From NCBI GenBank assembly GCA_037444405.1, contig JBBIML010000011.1, forward strand, positions 96,653 through 160,652: a DNA stretch of 64,000 bases, read 5' to 3'. Of the stretch, positions 9,226 to 18,141 are shown one piece after another. A model generated the notes under the pieces. The model ran no database searches. It had not been told where the DNA came from and was given only the letters and a program-made list of their open reading frames with translations. Position 1 is the first letter of the stretch; each line of letters opens with the position of its first letter. Origin of the DNA: Armatimonadota bacterium (GTDB lineage Bacteria; Armatimonadota; Fimbriimonadia; Fimbriimonadales; GBS-DC). The translations under genes and the position numbers were made by a program.

Positions 9226-10329
9226 ATGCGTAAATATGCAACGGCGAACGAGTTGCTCAATATCTGTTACGAGCGCGATGCTTCGGATATTCATATCGTG
9301 CCGAACGAGCCGCCGACTTTGCGGCTTTATGGGCGGCTGGTGCGGCTGGAGGAGTTCGGCGAGCTGAGCCCGGCGGACACGGAGCGGATCTTCCGTGAGG
9401 TGGCGCCCCCACGCGCCATCCACGAGCTGGAGCGCGTGCGCACCGCCGACTTCGGCTACACCCACGAAAAAGCGCGATTCCGCGTCGCCGCCTACTACGA
9501 AAAAGGCGCGATCGCCATCAACTTCCGCTTAATCCCCTACCGCCTACGCAGCTTCGAAGAGATTGGTCTGCCAGATCATGTCAAGCGACTGCTGCACCTG
9601 CCGCGTGGACTGATCTTGGTGACGGGTCCCACCGGCTCCGGCAAGACCACCACGCTCGCCACAATGATCGATTATATCAATACGAATCGCGACACCCACA
9701 TCGTGACCATCGAAGACCCGATTGAGTATTTTCATGAGCCGAAGAAGTCGGTGGTGAGCCAGCGGGAGGTGGGCGTCGATGTGCCTTCGTTCGAGGAGGG
9801 CGTCATCCGCGCGCTGCGCATGGACCCCGATGTGATTCTGGTGGGCGAGATGCGTGACCTGCGCACGATTCAGGCTGCCATCACCGCTGCCGAGACGGGG
9901 CACCTCGTCTTCTCCACCGTCCACACCACCGGCGCCGCCCGCACGGTGGAGCGCATCGTCGATGTGTTCCCGATGGATCAGCAGGAGCAGATTCGGGTGC
10001 AGCTCAGCACGAACCTTGTGGCGGTCATCTCGCAGCTGCTTCTGCCGCGCGCGGACCGACCCGGGCGCGTCGCCGCCTTTGAAATCATGATCTGCACGCC
10101 CGCCATCGGGCATATGATCCGCGAGCGCAAGATTCATAGCATCGAGTCGGCTATCCAGACAGGACATCAGCTTGGCATGATCACGCTGGACAACCATCTG
10201 CTGTTCCTGTATCAGCACAAGCTCATCTCGCGCGAGGAGATGTATCGCGTGGCGCAGAACCCGGAGGAGATTGCCGCCCGTCTGGGCGAGACCCTGCCCG
10301 AAACGGCATTAGCGCGACAGGCGATTTAG
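9226..10329 (+). CDS. pilT: Type IV pilus retraction ATPase PilT
   Basis: ASDIHI, GPTGSGKTT, TIEDPIE, LRMDPDVILVGEMRD, AAETGHLV, AIGHMIRE. Confidence 0.93.
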   Translation: MRKYATANELLNICYERDASDIHIVPNEPPTLRLYGRLVRLEEFGELSPADTERIFREVAPPRAIHELERVRTADFGYTHEKARFRVAAYYEKGAIAINFRLIPYRLRSFEEIGLPDHVKRLLHLPRGLILVTGPTGSGKTTTLATMIDYINTNRDTHIVTIEDPIEYFHEPKKSVVSQREVGVDVPSFEEGVIRALRMDPDVILVGEMRDLRTIQAAITAAETGHLVFSTVHTTGAARTVERIVDVFPMDQQEQIRVQLSTNLVAVISQLLLPRADRPGRVAAFEIMICTPAIGHMIRERKIHSIESAIQTGHQLGMITLDNHLLFLYQHKLISREEMYRVAQNPEEIAARLGETLPETALARQAI

Positions 10330-10330
10330 C

Positions 10331-11119
10331 ATGCGCTTTCGAGAGAAGGTTGTCTGGATTACAGGCGCGTCGTCGGGCATCGGTGAGGCGCTGGCACATG
10401 CCTTCAGCCGCGAAGGTGCGCATCTGGTGCTGTCCGCTCGTCGCCAGGATCGGCTCGAACGGGTGCGCGGTGCCTGCACGGGCGCGGGCAAAGTGCTGAT
10501 CCTGCCCTTCGACATCACCCAGACCGAATGCCACTCCACGATGGTCGCCGCTGCAATTGAGCATTTCGGCTGGATCGATGTGCTGATCAATAACGCGGGC
10601 ATCTCCCAGCGCTCGCTGGTGGAGGAAACTCAGCTGGAGGTGGTTCGCCGCCTGATGGAGGTCAACTTCTTCGGGGCGGTGTCGCTGACGAAAGCCGTGC
10701 TGCCCTATATGCTTCAGCGTGAGCGGGGGCACATCGTGGTCGTCAGCAGCCTGCTGGGCAAGTTTGGCATCGCGTTGCGCTCCGCCTATTGTGCCTCCAA
10801 GCACGCCCTGCACGGCTTTTTCGACTCCCTGCGCGCCGAAGTTCACGACAGGGGCATCTGCGTAACGCTTATCTGCCCCGGCTGGGTGCGCACGGAGGTC
10901 TCCATCCACGCCCTGCGCGGCGACGGCAGCGAGCATGGTCAGATGGACATACCCATCGAGAAGGGCATGGACCCACATGTGTGCGCTCGCCATATTGTGA
11001 ATGCGATTTACAAACGCAAAGAGGAGGTCTATATCGCCGGTCCCGAGAAGATTGCCCTCTATCTGAAGCGGTTCGCACCGGGGCTGCTCAATCGCATTCT
11101 GCGGCGGGTGAGGACTTAA
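10331..11119 (+). CDS. Short-chain dehydrogenase/reductase
   Basis: ITGASSGIG, NNAG, YCASK. Confidence 0.93.
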   Translation: MRFREKVVWITGASSGIGEALAHAFSREGAHLVLSARRQDRLERVRGACTGAGKVLILPFDITQTECHSTMVAAAIEHFGWIDVLINNAGISQRSLVEETQLEVVRRLMEVNFFGAVSLTKAVLPYMLQRERGHIVVVSSLLGKFGIALRSAYCASKHALHGFFDSLRAEVHDRGICVTLICPGWVRTEVSIHALRGDGSEHGQMDIPIEKGMDPHVCARHIVNAIYKRKEEVYIAGPEKIALYLKRFAPGLLNRILRRVRT

Positions 11120-11121
11120 GG

Positions 11122-12003
11122 ATGCAGGCGGGAACCTATCTGGGGCGCGTGTGGTGCAGGGTTCATCTGGTGCTGGAGGCGATTAAGTTTGAACACACCA
11201 TCTTCGCGCTGCCCTTTGCGCTGATGGGGCTGATTTATGCGGCGGATGGGATGCCCTCCGCGCGCGTGCTGGGCTGGATTCTGGTGGCGATGGTGGGCGC
11301 GCGCACGGCGGCGATGGCGTTCAACCGAATCGCCGACCGCGATATTGACGCGCTGAATCCCCGCACGCGCAACCGCGCCCTGCCCGCGGGACTGCTGACC
11401 GTGCGCCAGATGGCGACGCTGATGGCGATTGCGAGTGTCGCTTTCGTGTATGCCGCGTGGCAACTGAACTGGCTCTGCTTCTGGCTCAGCCCCGTCGCGC
11501 TGATTATCATTCTCGGCTACTCCTACTCCAAGCGGTTCACTCCGCTCTCGCACTACTGGCTGGGGCTGTCGCTGGGGATTGCGCCAAGCGCGACATGGAT
11601 TGCAGTGCGGGGCACGCTGGAACTAACGCCGATACTGCTCACGCTCGCCGTCGCCTTCTGGGTGGCAGGCTTCGACATCCTTTACAGCCTGCAGGACTAC
11701 GAGTTCGATAAGCAGTACGGCTTGCGCAGTCTGCCCGAAACGCTGGGCAAGGCGCGGGCGATTGCCATCTCGCGCCTGTCGCACCTGATCTGCATACTGT
11801 TCTTTATCGCCGCAGGGGTCGCGCTGAAAGCGGGCTGGCTCTATTATGCAGGGGCCGGCTTCGCCGCGCTGATGCTGGCTTACGAGCAGTCGCTGGTCAG
11901 CCCTGACGATTTGAGCAAACTGGATGTTGCCTTCTTCACCCTGAACGGTTATGTGAGCATCGGGCTGTTCGTTTTCAGCCTGCTCGACAGGTGGCTGCGA
12001 TGA
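11122..12003 (+). CDS. mqnP: UbiA-family prenyltransferase (MqnP, futalosine pathway)
   Basis: IKFEHTIFALPFA, NRIADRDIDALNPRT, AFFTLNG; adjacent to mqnA. Confidence 0.85.
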   Translation: MQAGTYLGRVWCRVHLVLEAIKFEHTIFALPFALMGLIYAADGMPSARVLGWILVAMVGARTAAMAFNRIADRDIDALNPRTRNRALPAGLLTVRQMATLMAIASVAFVYAAWQLNWLCFWLSPVALIIILGYSYSKRFTPLSHYWLGLSLGIAPSATWIAVRGTLELTPILLTLAVAFWVAGFDILYSLQDYEFDKQYGLRSLPETLGKARAIAISRLSHLICILFFIAAGVALKAGWLYYAGAGFAALMLAYEQSLVSPDDLSKLDVAFFTLNGYVSIGLFVFSLLDRWLR

Positions 12004-12767
12004 GACGCTTTGTGATTGGCAGTGTGCCCTACATGAACGGGGCGCCGCTCACCCGCTGGTTTGAGACGGAGGCGGGTCGGCGGGTGGCGGAGGTGCGGTA
12101 CGCGCCGCCGTCGATGCTGGCGAGCTGGCTGGAGGCAGGCGTGGTCGATGTCGCGCTGGTGTCGTCCGTCGAGTGGTTCCGCCGACCCGACACGCGCTTT
12201 GTGCCCGGTCTGGCAATCGCCACGCGCTGCGAGGTGCTGAGCGTGCGCCTGTTCAGCAAAGTGCCCTTTGAACAGATTCGCACCGTCGCGCTGGATGAAA
12301 GCTCGCTGACCTCCTCGGCGCTGACGCGCATCCTGTTGCGCAGGGTCTATGGCGTTCAGCCGCACTGCGCGAATCATGCGCCCGACCTGAAGGCGATGCT
12401 TCAGGAGGCGGACGCCGCGCTGCTGATTGGCGACGCGGGCATGAGCGCGAGCGGCGAGGGGCTGTTCGTGCTGGACCTGGGCGAGGCGTGGTGGCGGTGG
12501 ACAGGCTTGCCCTTCGTGTGGGCGGTCTGGCTCACGAACGCCGACGCACCGCTGAACGCGCTCACCGACCTGATGCACACCGCCTACGCCTGGGGCGAAG
12601 CGCATTTAGAGGAGATTGTTGAAAGCGAGGTGCAGCGTACAGGTCTGCCCCTCGCCCTCTGCGACCGCTACCTGCGCGAGATTATGGTCTACCGCATCGA
12701 TGAGCCGTTTTTACACGCGCTGGAGCGATTTCGGAAGGAGTGGCTCCTTAATCACCGTTCTGGCTGA
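12000..12767 (+). CDS. mqnA: Chorismate dehydratase MqnA
   Basis: GSVPYMN, SVRLFS, SLTSSAL, LLIGDA, DLGEAW..WTGLPFVWAVW. Confidence 0.9.
   Translation: MRRFVIGSVPYMNGAPLTRWFETEAGRRVAEVRYAPPSMLASWLEAGVVDVALVSSVEWFRRPDTRFVPGLAIATRCEVLSVRLFSKVPFEQIRTVALDESSLTSSALTRILLRRVYGVQPHCANHAPDLKAMLQEADAALLIGDAGMSASGEGLFVLDLGEAWWRWTGLPFVWAVWLTNADAPLNALTDLMHTAYAWGEAHLEEIVESEVQRTGLPLALCDRYLREIMVYRIDEPFLHALERFRKEWLLNHRSG
12690..12743 (+). repeat. 54-bp direct repeat, copy 1 (mqnA 3' end)
   Basis: taccgcatcgatgagccgtttttacacgcgctggagcgatttcggaaggagtgg, identical to 13560-13613. Confidence 0.97.
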
Positions 12768-13170
12768 GAACGGCATCCAGCAACCGAAAACCTTGTTCAT
12801 CAAAATGTTTGTCAAAAGTAAAAGCAGTATCAATTGAAAATCTGCGCATGAACTCGAAGCTCACGCAATCGACAAGACTCATATCACGCTTACGCTGCTG
12901 AAGCAGAAACTCAAAAGCAGTAGTGTGGGTTTCCGCAGATACCCATCCGATGGTCAGACTTGGCAGGATATGCTGAACGAAGTCATCCAGTGCGCTAAAC
13001 CCAAGTCGTCGCTGGATAAGGGCAACACACTCGATAACGACATAGTTCGTTGTGTAAAGTTGATAACCATCCGCCACCACTTTCTGCCACAGGGCGACCG
13101 CCTGGGGATGATATTGGTCATCAGAATCGAGCAAAGCAAAAATTGCGGAGGTATCAACGAAGATCACCAT
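12748..13170 (-). CDS. vapC: PIN-domain toxin VapC
   Basis: IFVDTSA, YVVIE, SLVDCVSF, FTFDKHF acidic PIN residues. Confidence 0.92.
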   Translation of the reverse strand: MVIFVDTSAIFALLDSDDQYHPQAVALWQKVVADGYQLYTTNYVVIECVALIQRRLGFSALDDFVQHILPSLTIGWVSAETHTTAFEFLLQQRKRDMSLVDCVSFEFMRRFSIDTAFTFDKHFDEQGFRLLDAVLSQNGD

Positions 13171-13520
13171 GTGCCAAAAATCTCCTCCAGATAGGAATCG
13201 TGATGCGCCGCGATGTCTGTGTACCCCGAACGATATCGACCAGCAACAGAAAGGGGGTTCCCAACCACTGGCTGTCCATTCACAAGCAGTTGAACCCGAT
13301 ACAGGTCAGATGCAATCGGCACCATCTGTATCTCATGGTGGGTTGTCGCAGGCGCCATGGAACAAGGCTGGTTTTCCGCTTGATTCGAGCGAACATGCAC
13401 CAGCTGAGAAAGCAACCATTCTTTTAGCAAGGTGGAGGGTTGCTTTCCTTGCTCATGGGCGATGCGCTCCAGCGCTTGCGCTTCAGCCTCCGATAGTTCA
13501 ATCTCAATACGGATTGCCAT
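13164..13520 (-). CDS. CopG/RHH-like antitoxin
   Basis: IELSEAEAQALERIA N-terminus; GRYRSGYTDIAAHHDSYL C-terminus; overlaps the toxin start. Confidence 0.78.
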   Translation of the reverse strand: MAIRIEIELSEAEAQALERIAHEQGKQPSTLLKEWLLSQLVHVRSNQAENQPCSMAPATTHHEIQMVPIASDLYRVQLLVNGQPVVGNPLSVAGRYRSGYTDIAAHHDSYLEEIFGTW

Positions 13521-13559
13521 TGACCACCTCGGTTTGATAGGAGTGTACCATACAAAGTA

Positions 13560-13613
13560 TACCGCATCGATGAGCCGTTTTTACACGCGCTGGAGCGATT
13601 TCGGAAGGAGTGG
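13560..13613 (+). repeat. 54-bp direct repeat, copy 2, continuing in frame as ...EWTCLK*
   Basis: Identical to 12690-12743. Confidence 0.97.
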
Positions 13614-13666
13614 ACATGCCTGAAATGATGCTCCCATCTGTTTTCGGGTGGAGGCATTAGTCCAGT

Positions 13667-14194
13667 CTACCACTCATCGCAATAGAAGTCGCGATGGTAG
13701 CAGCGCAGGAGCATGCGTCCTGTGTCGGGGTCGGGGCGACTGGGCCACCCGATAAAGCTTGATTTGCCATGGTAAACCGTGCCCTGCACAAACCACACGG
13801 GCACCCGCCGCCCATCGAGCGCGACGGGGCGCGAGAGGTACTGAATAAAATCGCTTCCCTCTCTTGCGATGTCAGGTCGCAATCGGGACGGCAGGCTCTT
13901 CGCATGGGTGTCCAGCGCCACCACCTGCACCCGATCGATGCGCGACTGCCGAACCGTCTGAAAATAGAGCGACTCTACCGGCGCACCATGCCGCGCCGAG
14001 AGTGAACTGCCCGGCTCAAACCGCGCTCGATTGCCCTCCACAAGATAGCCGTCGAACCAGACCACCGTATCGGACGGATAGACCATCTGAGCCAGCGAAA
14101 CCGCTGGTGTGTCCGGAAAGGCGATTTCGTTCACAAACAGGCGGCGATTATCGGAATGGCTGTCAAAAATCTGGAGTCGGGATGCAGGGTACAA
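13667..14194 (-). pseudogene. C-terminal fragment of a prepilin/H-X-DG family protein lacking the N-terminal pilin helix
   Basis: VSLAQMVYPSDTVVWFDG...ARH...VVALDTHAKSL parallels the paralog at 2721; no GFTLIE leader. Confidence 0.5.
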
Positions 14195-14201
14195 TTGGGT
14201 T

Positions 14202-16976
14202 ATGGCGCTCAGGCAGCGGGTGGTAGCAGGGCTGATTATGTTCGCGGTGCTTCTGCTCTTCTTCGGTGGGATGCTGGTGCGGCTGTATACGGACTACCTG
14301 TGGTTTGTTCACGATGTGGGCTATCCGCAGGTGTTCGGGCGGGTGCTGGGCGCGAAGTTGACCCTCTTCCTGACGGTGAGCGTCGGATTCTTCCTGTTTG
14401 CGCTGGTGAATCTGGTGGTGGCGAATCGGGTGGTGGGTTCGGTGGAGGAGCCGGCTTTTGCACTGCGGGGTGGACGCATCGTGCGCATCACGCGGGCGGT
14501 GCGCGTGGGCACTTTCTGGCTGCTGGTGCTGGGCGTGCTGGTCTTCTCACTGTTTGTGGGTCTGACGGCGGTGGGTGCATGGAACGAGTTCCTGCTGTTC
14601 CGCCATGCGCAGCTGTTCGGTGTAAAGGAGCCGCTGTTCGGGCAGGATGTGGGCTTTTATGTGTTTCGCCTGCCGTTCCTGTCGTTCCTGACGGGGCTGA
14701 TGGTGTTCGCCACGCTTGTGGTGCTGGTGGGCATCGGCAGTTTTTACTATTTCAATCGGGCGCTGGGCTGGCTGGGCGGTATGCCCACCTTCCTGCCGTC
14801 GGTGAAGCCCCATCTGCTGATACTGGCGACGCTCTTCCTGCTGACCTTTGCCTGGTATCTGTGGCTGGGGCGTTATGATCTGGTCTTCTCGGACCATGAC
14901 CAGTTCTTTGGTGCGGGCTACACCGATGTGCATGCCACTTTGCCAATCCTGAACCTGACGGTGTTCGGGTTGCTGATCGCGGCGGTGCTGTGCCTGATCA
15001 GCCTGCGTCCGGGCGCGGGTCTATTGCTGCCGATAGGCGGCTTTGGGGCGGTGATCCTGTTCTGGGTGGTCGCCAGCATGTTCTATCCGCCGATGGTGCA
15101 GCGCTTTGTGGTGGTGCCGAACCAGCTGGAGCGGGAGCGTCCCTATATCGAGCGCCATCTGGAGTTCACCCGCCGCGCCTATCAGCTGGACAGGGTGCAG
15201 GTGCGCGCGATGAATGTGCGCGAGGAGCTGACCGCTGCCGACCTACAGGAGGCGCAAGGCTCGCTGGAGAACCTGCGCATGTGGGACTTCCGCCCGCTCA
15301 GCCAGGTCTATAACAGCCTGCAGGCGCTCAAGCCTTACTACCGCTTCGTGGATATCGATGTCGATCGCTATCCGATCAACGGCACAGTTCGACAGGTACT
15401 GCTGTCGGTGCGTGAGCTGAATCTGGAGGGGCTTCCACCGGAAGCCCAGCGCTGGCAGAACCTCCACCTGCTCTACACGCACGGCTACGGGCTGGTGATG
15501 AACCCGGTCAACGAGGCGACCAGTGAGGGTCAACCGCTGCTGTGGATTCGCGATCTGCCGCCTGTGACCCCACCCGACATCCCGCTCAAGAACCCCGCCG
15601 TCTATTTCGGGGAGAACATCACGCAATATGCCATCGTGCGCTCCCGCCTGAAGGAACTGGACTACCCGATGCTGACGGGCAGTGGCACCGAAGAGAATGT
15701 CTACACCACCTACGCAGGCGATGGCGGCGTGCCGATTAGCGGCTTCCTCTCACGGCTGATGTTCGCCATCCGCCTGCAGGATTCGAACCTGTTGCTCTCC
15801 CGCGACCTGACGGCGGAGTCGCGCCTGCTCTTCCGTCGCCATATCGCGGAGCGCGTGCGCGCGCTGTTTCCCTTTCTGCTGTGGGACAACGATGCCTACC
15901 CCGTGATTGTTGATGGCGAGATTGTCTGGGTCTATGACGGCTACACCTACAGTCGCAACTATCCCTACAGCAAGCCCTTCTTCTCGGCGGATCAGCGTTT
16001 GCGCCAATTCAACTATCTGCGCAACTCCGTTAAGGTCACCATCCATGCCTACACGGGCGAGGTGAACGCCTATATTGCCGACGAGAGTGACCCCATCATC
16101 CGTGCCTATCGTCAGGCATTTCCGGGCTTGTTCAAGCCGCTCGATGAGATGCCTGCCGCGCTTCGGTCCCATATCCGTTATCCGCTTGACCTCTTCTCCG
16201 TGCAGGCGCGCCTGCTGGAACTGTATCACACCACCGATGCGCGCATCTTCTTCAATAAAGAGGACGCCTGGCAGGTGGCGCGGGAGGTGCTGGTCAATCA
16301 GGAGCCGAAGCCGATGGTGCCCTACTATGTGATGATGCAGCCGCCGGGCGAGTCGGAGCCGCGCTATATGCTGACCCTGCCCTTCACCCCGCTCAACCGC
16401 GACAACCTGGTCGGCTGGCTGGCAGCGCACTGCGACCCTGACCGCTATGGCGAGCTGATCCTTTATCGATTCCCGAAGGAGCGACTGGTGTACGGGCCCG
16501 CGCAGATCGAAGCCCGCATCAATCAGAACCCCGAAATCGCGCAGCAGCTCAATCTCTGGAACCAGCAGGGTTCGCGTGTGTTTCGGGGCAATCTGCTGGT
16601 CATTCCGTTAGGCAACTCGATGCTTTATTTTGAGCCGATCTATCTGCAGGCGGCGTACGAGGCGGCAATCCCCGAGCTGAAGAAGGTGATTTTAGCCAGC
16701 GGCAATCGCGTGGTGATGACCGACACGGTGGAGCAGGGTCTGGCTCAGCTGCTGGGCGAGGCGAAGCCGTCGCCGGGCGTGCGTCGCCCACCAGCGGCAA
16801 CCGCCACTGCGCCGACACCCTCCCCGGCAACTGACATCCGTGCGCTGGTTCAGCAGGCGAACCGTGTCTATCGCGAGGCGCAGGACGCGCTCAAGCAGGG
16901 CGACTGGGCAACCTACGGCGCCCGCATGAAAACGCTCGAACAGCTCCTGCACCAGATGGAGCAACTGTCACGATGA
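14202..16976 (+). CDS. UPF0182 family membrane protein
   Basis: LYTDYLWF, GAGYTDV, DIDVDRY, YTHGYG, NYLRNSVK, GPAQIEARINQ. Confidence 0.93.
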   Translation: MALRQRVVAGLIMFAVLLLFFGGMLVRLYTDYLWFVHDVGYPQVFGRVLGAKLTLFLTVSVGFFLFALVNLVVANRVVGSVEEPAFALRGGRIVRITRAVRVGTFWLLVLGVLVFSLFVGLTAVGAWNEFLLFRHAQLFGVKEPLFGQDVGFYVFRLPFLSFLTGLMVFATLVVLVGIGSFYYFNRALGWLGGMPTFLPSVKPHLLILATLFLLTFAWYLWLGRYDLVFSDHDQFFGAGYTDVHATLPILNLTVFGLLIAAVLCLISLRPGAGLLLPIGGFGAVILFWVVASMFYPPMVQRFVVVPNQLERERPYIERHLEFTRRAYQLDRVQVRAMNVREELTAADLQEAQGSLENLRMWDFRPLSQVYNSLQALKPYYRFVDIDVDRYPINGTVRQVLLSVRELNLEGLPPEAQRWQNLHLLYTHGYGLVMNPVNEATSEGQPLLWIRDLPPVTPPDIPLKNPAVYFGENITQYAIVRSRLKELDYPMLTGSGTEENVYTTYAGDGGVPISGFLSRLMFAIRLQDSNLLLSRDLTAESRLLFRRHIAERVRALFPFLLWDNDAYPVIVDGEIVWVYDGYTYSRNYPYSKPFFSADQRLRQFNYLRNSVKVTIHAYTGEVNAYIADESDPIIRAYRQAFPGLFKPLDEMPAALRSHIRYPLDLFSVQARLLELYHTTDARIFFNKEDAWQVAREVLVNQEPKPMVPYYVMMQPPGESEPRYMLTLPFTPLNRDNLVGWLAAHCDPDRYGELILYRFPKERLVYGPAQIEARINQNPEIAQQLNLWNQQGSRVFRGNLLVIPLGNSMLYFEPIYLQAAYEAAIPELKKVILASGNRVVMTDTVEQGLAQLLGEAKPSPGVRRPPAATATAPTPSPATDIRALVQQANRVYREAQDALKQGDWATYGARMKTLEQLLHQMEQLSR

Positions 16977-17734
16977 GTTGCCGTGCTTTCTGCGCCTATG
17001 GCGCCCGACAGGTTCTGGACGCTCTGCCCATGCTGGAACACCCACCGTCGCTGGATGAGACAGAGACCCTTCGGAGAGCAGCGGTGCGCCTGCAGGCGTG
17101 TCTCACGCTGTTTTATTCCTGCTATCCGCCCACGCGCGTGGCGTTCTGGAAGCGTCGCCTGCGTCGCCTGATCCGCGCCCTGAACGCCCTGCGCGACTGT
17201 CAGCGCCTGCTGACGCTGATCCCTGACGGGCGCGTCCACTTGCGCCTGCAACAGCGCCTCGAAACGCTCTTCAGCAAGGCACAGATGGCATGGCGCCAGC
17301 TGCGAAAGGATTATGTGCCCAATGAGATTCGGGGTCTATCTCAGCGGCTCGCCCAATCGCCCACCCAGCCCCTCACGGAGGAGCTGCTGAACTACGCCCG
17401 CACCCGCTGGCAGGAACTCGCACGGGTTAACCTGAAGCCGTTCGAGAGTGAAGGGCAGAGTCCGGAAGGCGTGTGGGGGCGGCTCCAGCTGATGGCAGAA
17501 GTGGCGGAGATGCTTCAACCGCTGCTGGGTCAGGAAATCCCGCTGGACGAACTTCGCGCCCGCTACAACCAGCTCGACGACCTGCGCTTTTGCGAACGCG
17601 CTCGCGCCCTGCTCACCGAACTCAAGGAGCAGGAGCGCGCGCTGACCCTCCACTACCACGGCTCCCTGCGCGGCTTCAAACGCATCGAACAGGAGTTTGA
17701 GAAATGGATCGCCCAACTGAGACGCCCTGGATAG
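16973..17734 (+). CDS. CHAD-domain-like protein
   Basis: LRRAAVRLQACL...WKRRLRRLIRALNALRD helical basic pattern. Confidence 0.55.
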   Translation: MSCRAFCAYGARQVLDALPMLEHPPSLDETETLRRAAVRLQACLTLFYSCYPPTRVAFWKRRLRRLIRALNALRDCQRLLTLIPDGRVHLRLQQRLETLFSKAQMAWRQLRKDYVPNEIRGLSQRLAQSPTQPLTEELLNYARTRWQELARVNLKPFESEGQSPEGVWGRLQLMAEVAEMLQPLLGQEIPLDELRARYNQLDDLRFCERARALLTELKEQERALTLHYHGSLRGFKRIEQEFEKWIAQLRRPG

Positions 17735-18141
17735 AGACGGAGCCGTTTGAGGTGCGGTATGCCGAGACGGACGCGATGGGCGTGGTCTACTACGCCAACT
17801 ACTTCGTGTGGTTCGAGGTAGCGCGCGGCGCGTTCTGTCGGGCATACGGCATCGACTATCAGGCGATTGAGCAGAGCGGCACGCCGCTGGCGGTGGTGGA
17901 AGCCTGCTGTCGCTATCGGGCGCCCGCCCGCTATGGCGAGCGCGTGCTGGTGCGCGTGCGCCTGACCGAACTGAAGCGGAGCCTGATGCGGTTCGAGTAT
18001 GAGATTCTGAACGCGGATACGCGCCAGTTGCTGGCAGAAGGCTGGACGCGCCACGCATGGATCACGCGCGAGGGCAAACCGACCCGTTGCCCCGCAACGA
18101 TTCGCGAGCGGCTGACCGCGGCAGGCGTGCGCTTCGATTAG
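17704..18141 (+). CDS. Acyl-CoA thioesterase (YbgC/4HBT)
   Basis: VRYAETDAMGVVYYANYFVWFE. Confidence 0.9.
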   Translation: MDRPTETPWIETEPFEVRYAETDAMGVVYYANYFVWFEVARGAFCRAYGIDYQAIEQSGTPLAVVEACCRYRAPARYGERVLVRVRLTELKRSLMRFEYEILNADTRQLLAEGWTRHAWITREGKPTRCPATIRERLTAAGVRFD

